A stretch of DNA of 64,000 nt from Vulcanimicrobiota bacterium (GTDB taxonomy: Bacteria; Vulcanimicrobiota; Vulcanimicrobiia; Vulcanimicrobiales; Vulcanimicrobiaceae), in assembly GCA_963777315.1 (NCBI GenBank), contig CAVZQC010000004.1, positions 512,001 through 576,000 on the forward strand. Reading direction: 5' to 3'. Positions within the stretch are counted from its first letter, which is position 1. Every line of letters begins with the position of its first letter. Both the position numbers and the translations under genes were made by a program. Positions 51,288 through 62,029 of this stretch are shown in pieces. The notes below the pieces were generated by a model, which searched no databases, was not told the origin of the DNA, and worked only from the letters and a program-made list of their open reading frames with translations.

Positions 51288-52642
51288 AACAGCGTTACGG
51301 TATCGGGGCGGTCCTCCACCCCGCGAGTCGCGTTGCGCGTGTCGATGACGCGCGCGGCATGCCGGGCGACCAGCGCATAGTCGACCGTGGAGTGGTCGGT
51401 CAGGATCACGACGCAGTCGGCTTTGGCCAGCGTCGCTTCATCGAGCGCCACGGAACTCCGCGCTCTGCCGTTGTCGTCGGTAAATGCGGGAACGAAGGGA
51501 TCGTGATAGTCGACGAAGGCGCCTTCGTCCTCGAGCAGTTCGATCGTCCGAATCGACGGGGATTCGCGCCAGTCTTCGATGTCCTTTTTATACGCCACGC
51601 CCAGCGCTAGAATTCGCGCGTCTTTGAGCGGACGTCCCACCTCGTTGAGCAGCCGTGCAACTTTTTCGCGCACGAAATACGGCATGCGCCGGTTGATTTC
51701 GCCGGCAAGCTCGATGAAGCGAACGTGAAAGTCGAATTCACGCGCCTTCCACGCCAAATAAAAGGGATCCAGCGGTATGCAGTGGCCGCCTACACCCGGA
51801 CCGGGATCGAAGCGCATCATCCCGAACGGCTTGGTGGCCGCTGCATCGATGACGTCCCAAATACTGATGCCGAGGCGATCGCACAGTAGCGCCATCTCGT
51901 TCACGAGTGCAATGTTGACGGCGCGAAACGTGTTCTCGAAAACCTTGGTCATCTCGGCGACGCGCGGCGAAGACACTTGCACGACGTTGAGAATGGTCTG
52001 CGAATAGAACGCCGTGCCGACTTCCAAACATACGGGGGTCACTCCGCCCACGACCTTGTTCGTGTTTTTGGTCGAATAGCGCTTGTTTCCGGGATCGACG
52101 CGCTCGGGCGAGAAGCACAAAAAGAAATCGCGTCCGACCACGAGGCCGGTTTGCGCGAAGAGCGGCAGCAAAATTTCTTCCGTCGTTCCCGGATACGTCG
52201 TGCTTTCCAAACAGATCAACTGGCCCGGCCGCAACGCTTCGGCGACTTCCGCGCCGACGTTGCGGATGTACGATACGTCCGGATCCAGGTTTTTGGTCAG
52301 CGGCGTAGGCACGCAGATCACGATGACGTCGCAGCGGGACAGCGTAGAGAAGTCGGTCGTGCCGGAGAGCTGCTTTTTCTCCACTACGGAAGCCAGCTCG
52401 GCGTCGGACACGTCGCGGATGTAGTTGCGCCCTTCATTGACTTGGGCGATGCGGTTCTCGCTGCGATCGTAGGCGACGACTTTGAAACCGACCTTTGCCT
52501 TTTCGACCGCCAGAGGCAGCCCGACATAGCCGACGCCGGCGACGCCCACCGTGGCGGTGCGCCGCTCGATGAGATCTTTTAGAGCGCGGGCGTGATCGGC
52601 GGTTGCGACGCTGTCGCCGTAATTGGCGGTACTGATGGGCAC
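51284..52642 (-). CDS. second UDP-N-acetylhexosamine 6-dehydrogenase (WbpA-like)
   Basis: GVGYVGLP, ICVPTP, SPERVDPG, GGHCIPLDP; close paralog of 46264..47628. Confidence 0.92.
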   Translation of the reverse strand: MPISTANYGDSVATADHARALKDLIERRTATVGVAGVGYVGLPLAVEKAKVGFKVVAYDRSENRIAQVNEGRNYIRDVSDAELASVVEKKQLSGTTDFSTLSRCDVIVICVPTPLTKNLDPDVSYIRNVGAEVAEALRPGQLICLESTTYPGTTEEILLPLFAQTGLVVGRDFFLCFSPERVDPGNKRYSTKNTNKVVGGVTPVCLEVGTAFYSQTILNVVQVSSPRVAEMTKVFENTFRAVNIALVNEMALLCDRLGISIWDVIDAAATKPFGMMRFDPGPGVGGHCIPLDPFYLAWKAREFDFHVRFIELAGEINRRMPYFVREKVARLLNEVGRPLKDARILALGVAYKKDIEDWRESPSIRTIELLEDEGAFVDYHDPFVPAFTDDNGRARSSVALDEATLAKADCVVILTDHSTVDYALVARHAARVIDTRNATRGVEDRPDTVTLL

Positions 52643-52817
52643 GAAGTGACCTCGCTGCTTGACGGGAGTCTGGGTATATTTGGATACTTTACAGGTCCGG
52701 GCCCGAAACCGGAAGGTTCGTAACGCCGGAAGGTGTGGGCGATTGTCCTTGCCGCAGCTGCGGCGTTTGGGACGATTGCCCTACTCAGCGGGGGACCTAT
52801 ACCCGCAAACGGAGGCA

Positions 52818-52852
52818 AGCGAAGCCGGAGCCCTCGAATCGAGGGCTCCGGC
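52818..52852 (-). terminator. probable terminator hairpin
   Basis: GCCGGAGCCCTCG-aat-CGAGGGCTCCGGC just after the 52874 stop; weak U tract. Confidence 0.55.
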
Positions 52853-52873
52853 GGATTTCGCAAGGCTCTTACG

Positions 52874-53710
52874 TTACTGTTCGGTGCCGAAGGATATTTC
52901 CGGCAGACCCTTCGTGGGCAAGGTTCCTACCGTAAGCCAAATCGCGATGTGCGATGAAAGCGGTATGCCCGTGGGATCCCCGATGTACTGCCCGTAGCTG
53001 GTCACGGCGGCGTTTTTGCCCCCTCCTTGCGAAACGGCTTTCCCGACGTAGACGCTGACGGGTCCGGAGAAGTTGCCGATGCCGCCCGAAGCGGAAAACG
53101 TCATGCCGGAACTGGCTTGCCAGATCTGCAGAAACTGTCCCAAGGTGAACGAGGGCGTGCTTCCGGACGGCTGCGGATACTCGATATGGATGTTGCCCGA
53201 CTGATCGTGCGTGTGCAGATTGAATAGGCACTGCGTCGCACCCGCAGTATAGGTGGGGGTCGAACCGATCGACGGCGATGTGTCGGGCTGATACATGCCG
53301 ATGCCGGCGGGGAGGGCATATTCTTTGCCGTTATCGACCACCCCGACGTAGAAGTGCACGTGACCGGCAGGGTAGGCTGCCTTGTCGCTCGTCAGATTGC
53401 AGGGCACGCCGTCGATGGTCGCGGTGTTGGCGGTGCCTTGATTATCCGTTCCCAGCGAGCCCGTCGTACCGTTGACCGCGCCGTCGGTTGCGTCGTACAC
53501 GGTCGACGTGTCGGCCTGAAGCGTCACGGGCGGCAATGTGGGAGTCGCGGTGGGAGCCGGCGTCGGTGACGGCGTGGCCGTGGCCGGCGAGCCGGGACTG
53601 TTTTGCGGCGGGTTGGGACCGCCGGTTCCCCCGCCTCCGCCGCAGCCCGCGGCAAAAGCGGTAACCCCTGCGAACGCAAGCGCCCCCAAGGAAGCTTTAA
53701 AATATTTCAT
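52874..53710 (-). CDS. lipoprotein of unknown function (HTHD motif)
   Basis: AAGC lipobox, Gly run, Pro/Thr linker, HVHF..PAGIG..LHTHDQSGNIHIE..FTLGQF. Confidence 0.75.
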   Translation of the reverse strand: MKYFKASLGALAFAGVTAFAAGCGGGGGTGGPNPPQNSPGSPATATPSPTPAPTATPTLPPVTLQADTSTVYDATDGAVNGTTGSLGTDNQGTANTATIDGVPCNLTSDKAAYPAGHVHFYVGVVDNGKEYALPAGIGMYQPDTSPSIGSTPTYTAGATQCLFNLHTHDQSGNIHIEYPQPSGSTPSFTLGQFLQIWQASSGMTFSASGGIGNFSGPVSVYVGKAVSQGGGKNAAVTSYGQYIGDPTGIPLSSHIAIWLTVGTLPTKGLPEISFGTEQ

Positions 53711-53900
53711 CAGAACCTCGTGATAATGGCGAAAGAAATGCGGACCGGAATCATCATATCCGGCTCCTTTTCAACCAGCGAGATGCAGCTTGCTCACCTG
53801 TTGCGGGGCTATGGCTCGGACGGTTGGGCCGCAGGACCCAACAGGGGAGAGGGGGTCGGACCTAGGCGGGCTCAATCGCCTTGCCGCGTAATCGGTCAGT

Positions 53901-54461
53901 ATGACCAAGATGCTTCCTTGGCGCGCCTTGCGCGGCGTCTTCCTCAAACGGTTCGGAGCGGAAAACTTCCGCAGACGTTTTCCCGGGGTCGTCTTCGGCG
54001 AAGACGTGATCGTGCGTGGCCCGGAAAAGTTCTTTCCCGGCTCAGGCTGCTCTATCGACATACGCGCATATCTGAACTGCGCCGGGGGTGCGTGGAACGG
54101 CTACTCGGGCTTCATTAAATTGGGCGACAACTGTGAGATCGGCGCCAACTGCGTACTCAACGGCGCCGGAGGCATCACCCTGGGGAACGACGTGCATTTG
54201 GGACCCCTCGTGACGATTTCCGCAAATCAACTGTATCGCGACGTACGCAGCGACGATCCGGCGACGCACATGCAGTTCTTGCCGGTAACGATACAGGATG
54301 GTGCGCTCATCGGTCCGTCGACGTGCATTGCTCCCGGCGTGGTGATCGGACGCCGTGCCATCGTGGGCGCCGGCTCGGCAGTTCTCACCGACATTCCACC
54401 GGACTGCGTCGCGCAGGGCGTCCCCGCACGAATCGTCTTGAAAAAGAACGACTCTCGGTAA
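53901..54461 (+). CDS. hexapeptide-repeat acyltransferase
   Basis: IKLGDNCEIG, GGITLGNDV, PVTIQDGALIG, IVGAGSAV, GVPAR. Confidence 0.88.
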   Translation: MTKMLPWRALRGVFLKRFGAENFRRRFPGVVFGEDVIVRGPEKFFPGSGCSIDIRAYLNCAGGAWNGYSGFIKLGDNCEIGANCVLNGAGGITLGNDVHLGPLVTISANQLYRDVRSDDPATHMQFLPVTIQDGALIGPSTCIAPGVVIGRRAIVGAGSAVLTDIPPDCVAQGVPARIVLKKNDSR

Positions 54462-54466
54462 AGCTG

Positions 54467-54700
54467 ATGAGCGAGATAGAACTTGCGCAGGTGACGCAGG
54501 TCATCGAGCGCGTGGGTGCACTGGCGGGATTGGACGCGGATGCCGATTTTTACGACGCGGGCTTCAGTTCGATCAACGCGCTGATGCTGCTCATGGAGCT
54601 CGAGGAGCGTTTCGCGGTGCAAATACCGGACGACCGCTTCGTGAATGCGCGCACGCCGCGCTCGCTGTACGAATTGCTCGCATCGTTGCGGAACGGCTAA
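54467..54700 (+). CDS. carrier protein (ACP/PCP-like)
   Basis: 77 aa, DFYDAGFSS (non-canonical GxSS phosphopantetheine site), LEERFAVQIPD. Confidence 0.85.
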   Translation: MSEIELAQVTQVIERVGALAGLDADADFYDAGFSSINALMLLMELEERFAVQIPDDRFVNARTPRSLYELLASLRNG

Positions 54701-54705
54701 ACGAC

Positions 54706-55896
54706 ATGGCCAAGTTCAGCGTGCAGCTTCCGGCGCCGGCCAACGAAATGGCGTGCGAAGAGATCCGCAAACAGCTGCCGTTTCTCTCCAAAGCGATCTC
54801 GCAGGTTCGCTTTTCCGACGACGGGCAGCGGGTGGAATTCGAAGCGAGCGGTGCCAACGCGGAGGAACTTACCCCGCAGGTGCAAGGGCTGGCTCGTCGG
54901 GTGCAGCGTGCCCTGCAGCATGTCGAGCGTAAGGTGATTTACCGAACCTCCACCTGCGAGAACGTCGCATTCGCCGGTGAAAGCGACTCGAGCGGCATCA
55001 CGGTCTTGGGCATGGGTCAAGTCGCCTTACAGGGGTTGCCGCTGCAGCTGTTTCGCTACTTCGATCGCGTCTTCGAATCGTTCGGCTCGCGGTGGGGCGC
55101 TGTGCCGATAGCCGTACCGGCGTTGATTCCGACGTCCGTGCTGGCGCGCTGCGACTACTTCGGATCGTTTCCGCACAACGTGACGTTCGCGGCGCATTTG
55201 CGGGAAGACGCGCACGTGATCGACGGCTTCCGATCGCGCCATCAAGCCGTGACGCAGCTGGACGCGCAGGCGCTGGCGGACATGGAACGCCCGGAGGCAT
55301 GTCTCTCTCCGGCACTGTGCTATCACGTGTATCACCTTTGTGAAAACCGGCGTATGCCGGATGCCGCGTCGGCATACGGCGTATGCGGCAAGTGCTTCCG
55401 GTACGAATCCGCCAACACGTCCGACCTGCGCAGGCTATGGGACTTCACCTTGCGCGAGATCGTCTTTGCCGGCGGCCGAGAAGAGGTGCTGCACGCACGG
55501 CAAGAGTCCGTAGAAATGATGGAGCGGTTTTTGGAAGAGCATCGCCTGGCCGGCGAAATCCGCACCGCCAGCGATCCGTTCTTCGTCGCTCCCGACGCGT
55601 TGCCGAAGACGTATTTCCAGCTCAGCTCCGAAGCAAAGCTCGAAGTATCGCTCATGCTGCCGGGTGGTGAGCGCACGGCGGTCTCGTCGCACAATTACCA
55701 TTCCGACTTCTTCGGTCACGCGTTCGGCATTACGCTCGACAGCGGCGCGCATATGCACAGCGTCTGCGTGGGGTTTGGTTTGGAGCGGTGGGTGTACGCG
55801 TTTTTGCGACAGCACGGCAGCGATGCGTCGGCATGGCCGCATGTCGTGCGCGCCGCACCCGAATTTTCGCAAAGCCGCAATGAACGCGCGGATTGA
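54706..55896 (+). CDS. atypical SerRS-like amino acid--[carrier protein] ligase
   Basis: YFGSFPH, LSPALCYHVY, CFRYE..RLWDFTLREIV (class II motif 2), ASDPFF, SHNYHSDFFG, HSVCVGFGLERW (motif 3); adjacent carrier protein. Confidence 0.82.
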   Translation: MAKFSVQLPAPANEMACEEIRKQLPFLSKAISQVRFSDDGQRVEFEASGANAEELTPQVQGLARRVQRALQHVERKVIYRTSTCENVAFAGESDSSGITVLGMGQVALQGLPLQLFRYFDRVFESFGSRWGAVPIAVPALIPTSVLARCDYFGSFPHNVTFAAHLREDAHVIDGFRSRHQAVTQLDAQALADMERPEACLSPALCYHVYHLCENRRMPDAASAYGVCGKCFRYESANTSDLRRLWDFTLREIVFAGGREEVLHARQESVEMMERFLEEHRLAGEIRTASDPFFVAPDALPKTYFQLSSEAKLEVSLMLPGGERTAVSSHNYHSDFFGHAFGITLDSGAHMHSVCVGFGLERWVYAFLRQHGSDASAWPHVVRAAPEFSQSRNERAD

Positions 55897-56830
55897 CGTA
55901 GTCGACGCCGCAGCGTTTGCACCGCAAGCCGCGCAGATTCTGAACGATGCATGGCCCGCGCCGGCCCTGCACTATACGCCCGAGTACGTCCGCTGGCAGC
56001 TGACCTTTCCCGGGAATCCGGCGCCGGTGGCATTGGCTGCGTATGACGACTCCGAAGCTATCGGATTCATCGCCTCGACGCCGCGCCGGATGCGGCTGGG
56101 ACCGACCGCACAAGAGGTTGCAGTCGTTTCGTTCGTCGCCGTGCTCGCGGACCGCCAGCGCCGCGGAATCGCGGCGGCGCTCTATGCGCGCCTGCTTTCC
56201 CAGCTCCAGACGTCCGGGCCGCTGCTGACGTTTGCCGTTCCGGATTCAAGCGGCGAACGCGCGCTTCTGCGCGCGTACTCGCACGGCGGCTACACCGTCT
56301 CGCAACTGGGTTCATATCCGACGTTTTCGTATCTCGATCGCAGCACAGGGAACGATTTGCCGCAGCAGCGCGCGTCATCGCAGTATTCCGAACTGAACCC
56401 CGTCATCCAGGCTTGTGCGCGCGATGGTTCGATCTTGTGGAGCGATCCTTCCGCCGAGCAGTTTGCGCACTACCTTGCCGATCCGCGATCGCGCCGTCTG
56501 CTCGTCGTGTGTCGGGCGTCGGAAACGGGCGCTGCCTGGGCGCTGCAAATGGCGGTCAGAACGGCGCGAAGCGTCCAGACCGTAACGGCGCTCGAGACGC
56601 TGTACGTACCCGGCGGCGATGGGGGCTCGCTGCCGCAGCTGCTGCATTCTGCGGCAGGACTTTACAACGCGCGGCAGCCGGCGCGTTTGGTCAACGTCCC
56701 GAACGCATTCGGGCTGGACGCGCGCCGCTTCGGGTTGCGGCAAACGGGCGTCGGTTTCCGCGCTTACTTGTGCACGCTGCGCGCACACCCGTTCCAAACG
56801 GCGGCGGGCACGAATTTGGAGATCACGTAA
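55880..56830 (+). CDS. GNAT-family acyltransferase
   Basis: YVRWQL, VVSFVAV..RQRRGIAAALY (motif A); start overlaps the ligase end. Confidence 0.75.
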   Translation: MNARIDVVDAAAFAPQAAQILNDAWPAPALHYTPEYVRWQLTFPGNPAPVALAAYDDSEAIGFIASTPRRMRLGPTAQEVAVVSFVAVLADRQRRGIAAALYARLLSQLQTSGPLLTFAVPDSSGERALLRAYSHGGYTVSQLGSYPTFSYLDRSTGNDLPQQRASSQYSELNPVIQACARDGSILWSDPSAEQFAHYLADPRSRRLLVVCRASETGAAWALQMAVRTARSVQTVTALETLYVPGGDGGSLPQLLHSAAGLYNARQPARLVNVPNAFGLDARRFGLRQTGVGFRAYLCTLRAHPFQTAAGTNLEIT

Positions 56831-56834
56831 CGCG

Positions 56835-57833
56835 CTAACGCCGCAAACGGGCCGCAATTGCGCGATACGCGGCAAACGTGCGCCGCTCGATCACCTGCGT
56901 GACGTACGGCACGCGCACCGCTCCCAATCGATCTTTGAATTGCTGCACGCCTTCGAGCCCCGAACTGGAACCCATATTGTACCAGCGAGTACCCCGGTTT
57001 GCCGCCGCGTGAAGCAACGCGACGTTGAGCGCGTTGCTGGGGCGCGCGTTGGCATACTCCGCACGCATGGCGGCGCTCCAAAAGTACATCTCCTGCGAAC
57101 CAAACAGCACGACGCCGCCGGCGGCCGCAACGCCGTCACAATCCGCAAGCCAAATTTCCACGTCGCTCCCACCGTGGCGAACCACCGCTTCGATCAAATT
57201 TTTGGGAATCGTCGGTTCGTTCAAGCCCCACCGCTGCGCCGACTGGAGGAGGATGCCGTAGTACGCGTCCACCGCGCCGGCGGCGTCGGCCTTGTACGGC
57301 CGCACCCCGCGGCGAACCGCTTGACCCGCCATTCGGCGGCTGCGTCCATCCATTCGCGCTATCGCGGCATCGGCACCGTCCGACAAATCGATGATCGACG
57401 TCTCATCGGCATGCCTTTCGCCGCCGAGGTCTACGCCGGCTTGATCGCACTGCGGCCACAACGTAACGCGAAAGCTGTCGTATTCTCGGCGCGCGACGTG
57501 CGCGAGCGCGCACGCAGCCTGCGCAGCTTGCGCAAGCGCTCCGTTTTCTTCGTTTTGGATGACGATCGATTCGTTCCAGGGCAGCGCTTCGCCGGCGCGC
57601 AACCGCAGCAGGCTCGTTCTCGCGCACAGCGCCGGCACGATAACGCGCGCGCCGTCGGAGAGCCGGCAGCGCAGCGGTGCCGGTTGGTATTGCGGGAACG
57701 CATCGCACCAGGCGGCGGACCATGCCGGCCGAGCGGTAAACGTCGGCGCGGGAAATCGTTCGTCGAACCGGCGCCATTCATTCGGCGCCAGGGGTTCCGC
57801 CTTGAGGACGCGCAAGGGCTGCGACGCGCTCAT
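56835..57833 (-). CDS. GNAT (Acetyltransf_6/FemAB-like) protein
   Basis: RRMAGQAVRRGV, AAGGVVL, RPSNAL, YNMGSS..LEGVQQFKDRLGA. Confidence 0.8.
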   Translation of the reverse strand: MSASQPLRVLKAEPLAPNEWRRFDERFPAPTFTARPAWSAAWCDAFPQYQPAPLRCRLSDGARVIVPALCARTSLLRLRAGEALPWNESIVIQNEENGALAQAAQAACALAHVARREYDSFRVTLWPQCDQAGVDLGGERHADETSIIDLSDGADAAIARMDGRSRRMAGQAVRRGVRPYKADAAGAVDAYYGILLQSAQRWGLNEPTIPKNLIEAVVRHGGSDVEIWLADCDGVAAAGGVVLFGSQEMYFWSAAMRAEYANARPSNALNVALLHAAANRGTRWYNMGSSSGLEGVQQFKDRLGAVRVPYVTQVIERRTFAAYRAIAARLRR

Positions 57834-58730
57834 CGATGACGGGTTCGCGCGGTGAGGGCGTTCAGCACGCGTCGCGCGGATTTCTTGGCCAAACCGACGG
57901 CGACGTCGGCATCCGGCGCATCGCGCCGCCCGTCGAGCAACGTCCAATCTCCCAGCGGCGAAAGCGTGTGCAGGCCGTCACCGTAGCGCCCACGCTGCGG
58001 ACGCACGGTCGCTATCGTGCGTTCGGAAAAGCCGCCGGCGCTCAGACGATCGACGCGCTGGAGCGCCACGCTGTTGCCGTAACCGCTGGAACAATCTTGC
58101 GCCGGCCGGTACAACGTGTCGTCGTGAACGAAGAGGGCTCCCGCACAGCACGCCGCAGAGTTGTCGATTTTGACGGGATTGCCCGAATGCTGCCGCCACG
58201 GGCCCATGAGGTCGGGCGCGTGCCATATGCAGAGCGCGCGATCGAAGCCGCGGTCGTAGTCGGTGCAGAACAGCCACCAGCGTCCGCCGTGCTGCACGAT
58301 CGTCGAATCGTTGGCCGCAAAGTGCGCGATCAGCGTGCCGGCGCGCTCCCATCGGTATGGAAAATCGGTCGCCGCGAATATCGCCACTTCCCTGGCGTAC
58401 ACCGTCTCCGGCACGCAATAGTACGTTCCTTCGTGATGAATGATGAATGGATACGACGCGTGATGCGGCAGATCGATAACGGTGGTCAGCGGACCGCGGT
58501 TGAACCGTTCGTCAACCTCAAAACACGCGATGACGCCCTTGTCGCGCCGATAGTCGAAGAGCTCGCAAAACACGAACCGCCGCCCGTTGTCGACTACGCC
58601 GAAGGGATCGGCGACAAAGCGTTTTCGGCCTGCAGGCTCCAGCCAGTGCACCTGCGGCACGAAACCGGGATCCAAAAAAGAGTGAACGGGCGCCGTAACC
58701 ACGCCCACGTTCCAATATGGGCGCCGAAGC
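57830..58730 (-). CDS. GINT1-N-like beta-propeller protein, second copy (start uncertain)
   Basis: YWNVG, FVADPF, HASYPF, VPET, NDSTI, HSGNPVK, YRPAQDC, GLHTL; no clear start codon after clpX. Confidence 0.72.
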
Positions 58731-58737
58731 CGAAGCC

Positions 58738-59997
<1,260 letters not shown>

Positions 59998-60031
59998 GTG
60001 CGGTTCGCTTCGCCTTCGCCCTTCTTCGCGC

Positions 60032-60640
60032 CTACGCCGGGGTTGCCAGCGACGACCGGTTTTCGATGATCGAGTCTATGATGCCGTAGTCCTTGGCTTC
60101 CTGCGCGGTCATGAAAAAATCGCGTTCGATATCCTTGAGGATCTGCTCGATCGGCTTCTTGGCCGTATCCTCATAGATGCCGGCCAGCATACGCCGCGTG
60201 GCAATCAAGTCGCGGGCGTGTATCTCGATGTCCGTTGCCTGGCCGCCCACCTGCTGCACCCACGGCTGGTGAATGAGTATCTTGGCATGGGGAAGCGCCA
60301 TGCGTTTGCCCTGGGCTCCGCCGGTGAGCAGAATCGAGCCCATCGAGGCCGCCATTCCGGCACAGATGGTCGCGACGTCGGGTTTGATGAACCGCATCGT
60401 GTCGTAAATTGCAAGACCCGCGGTAACGCTGCCGCCGGGGCTGTTAATGTACATGTCGATGTCTTTGTCGGGGTCTTCCTTTTCCAGGAAAAGCAGCTGT
60501 GCGATCACGAGGTTCGCCAAATGATCGTCGATCGGGCCGCCGACGAAAACGATGCGATCCTTGAGCAGGCGCGAGTAAATGTCGAACGCGCGCTCTCCGC
60601 GTGCGCTCTGCTCGACGACCATCGGGACCAAATGACCCAT
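60032..60640 (-). CDS. clpP: ATP-dependent Clp protease proteolytic subunit
   Basis: [31 protein letters not shown]. Confidence 0.98.
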   Translation of the reverse strand: MGHLVPMVVEQSARGERAFDIYSRLLKDRIVFVGGPIDDHLANLVIAQLLFLEKEDPDKDIDMYINSPGGSVTAGLAIYDTMRFIKPDVATICAGMAASMGSILLTGGAQGKRMALPHAKILIHQPWVQQVGGQATDIEIHARDLIATRRMLAGIYEDTAKKPIEQILKDIERDFFMTAQEAKDYGIIDSIIENRSSLATPA

Positions 60641-60715
60641 TACCGTTCTTCCTCTTCTGCAGTGGTTTCTACGTACGGCGACGCGCCGCGAAATGGTGCT
60701 GTGTGCTTCGACAGA

Positions 60716-62029
60716 TCAGGGCGCCGACCCGGGCTCGGCCGGCATTTCGGCCACTACGGCGTTCTGCACCAAGAACTCTACGGTCTTATTTCGGATTATT
60801 CCGTCCATCAATGAGACGACGTTATTGCCCAAGGCTTGACGAATTCGTTCGACCGGTTGCCCGTATTGCGCGGCAAGCGTTTGCATTTCATTCTGTATAT
60901 CGGCCGGCGTGGCCCGGATGTTCTCGGCCTTGGCGATGCGTTCCAGGAGCAGGGTCGCTTTGACTCGGCGCTCGGCTTGCGGGCGATACTCACGCAGCAG
61001 CTCGTCTTCGCTCGAGCCCGTGTCCTTCAAGTACTGCTGCAGCGACGCGCCGCGGCGCGCGGCCACGCCCGACATATCCTGCAGCATGCTTTCGGCTTCG
61101 CGGTCCACCATGCTCGGCGGCAACGGGAAATCGTGCTCTGCGACCAGGCGTTCCACCAGTTCGTCGCCGATTTCCCGCCGGCGCCGCGATTCGGCGACCC
61201 TGCGCAGACGCGCACGGACGTCCGCCTTGAGCTCTTCCAGCGTCTCGTGCGTGGAAGCGATCTTGGCCAGCTCGTCGTCGATTGGGGGAATTTCACGTTC
61301 TTTGACTTCGTGCAAAGTCACCGTAAAGACCGCAGCCTTTCCCGCAAGCTCCTTTGCCGTATAGTCCGTAGGGAACGTGGCCTGCACGTCCTTGGTTTGG
61401 CCCACCGCCATGCCGGCGATGCCGGAGGCGAAACCGGGTACGAAGCGGTCTTCCGACAATTCGATCTGCTGACCGGTCGCGGCGCCGCCTTCAAACGCCT
61501 CGCCGTCGATCTTTCCTTCGTAGTCCACCGTCACGACGTCGTCCAAGCGGGCCTCGCGCTCGACGGGCACAAGAGTTGCGCGCTCGCGCGCCAGCGCGGC
61601 CAGAGCGTTGTCGACGTCGGCGTCGGTTACGGCGACGGGCGCCCGGGCAAGCGCGGTTCCCTTATAGGCATGCAGCTCGAAATCGGGACGAACGTCCACG
61701 ACGGCCTTGACCCGGATCGGCTGGTCGCCTTCATCGGGCAGAACTTCCATTTTCGGCCGGTCCACCGGATCGAGGTCGTGCTCGCGCACGGCCTTGGCGT
61801 ACACCTGCGGAACGACGTCTTCCATGGCTTGCGCCGCGATGGTTTCCGCGCCGTACGCTTGCTCGAAAACCTTGCGAGGCGCTTTGCCCGGCCGAAATCC
61901 CGGCAGTTTCGTCTTTTTGACCAGACGCCGGAAGGCACGCTCCTCGGCGTCCCGCAACTCTTGCGGCGATATGGGAATGACCAATTCGACCTGCGTGGGC
62001 GCGAGCTTGGTCAGGGTCGACGTAGACAG
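60716..62029 (-). CDS. tig: trigger factor (probable CTG start)
   Basis: PGFRPGK, VDYEGKIDGEAFEGG, FVPGF, FPTDY..LAGK; upstream of clpP-clpX. Confidence 0.95.
   Translation of the reverse strand: MSTSTLTKLAPTQVELVIPISPQELRDAEERAFRRLVKKTKLPGFRPGKAPRKVFEQAYGAETIAAQAMEDVVPQVYAKAVREHDLDPVDRPKMEVLPDEGDQPIRVKAVVDVRPDFELHAYKGTALARAPVAVTDADVDNALAALARERATLVPVEREARLDDVVTVDYEGKIDGEAFEGGAATGQQIELSEDRFVPGFASGIAGMAVGQTKDVQATFPTDYTAKELAGKAAVFTVTLHEVKEREIPPIDDELAKIASTHETLEELKADVRARLRRVAESRRRREIGDELVERLVAEHDFPLPPSMVDREAESMLQDMSGVAARRGASLQQYLKDTGSSEDELLREYRPQAERRVKATLLLERIAKAENIRATPADIQNEMQTLAAQYGQPVERIRQALGNNVVSLMDGIIRNKTVEFLVQNAVVAEMPAEPGSAP

Larger units (their letters stand above)
7273..58730. other. Wzx/Wzy-dependent exopolysaccharide/capsule biosynthesis locus
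   Basis: wza, wzc, flippase, Wzy-like, priming transferase, many GTs, nucleotide-sugar enzymes, acyl-tailoring genes. Confidence 0.92.
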
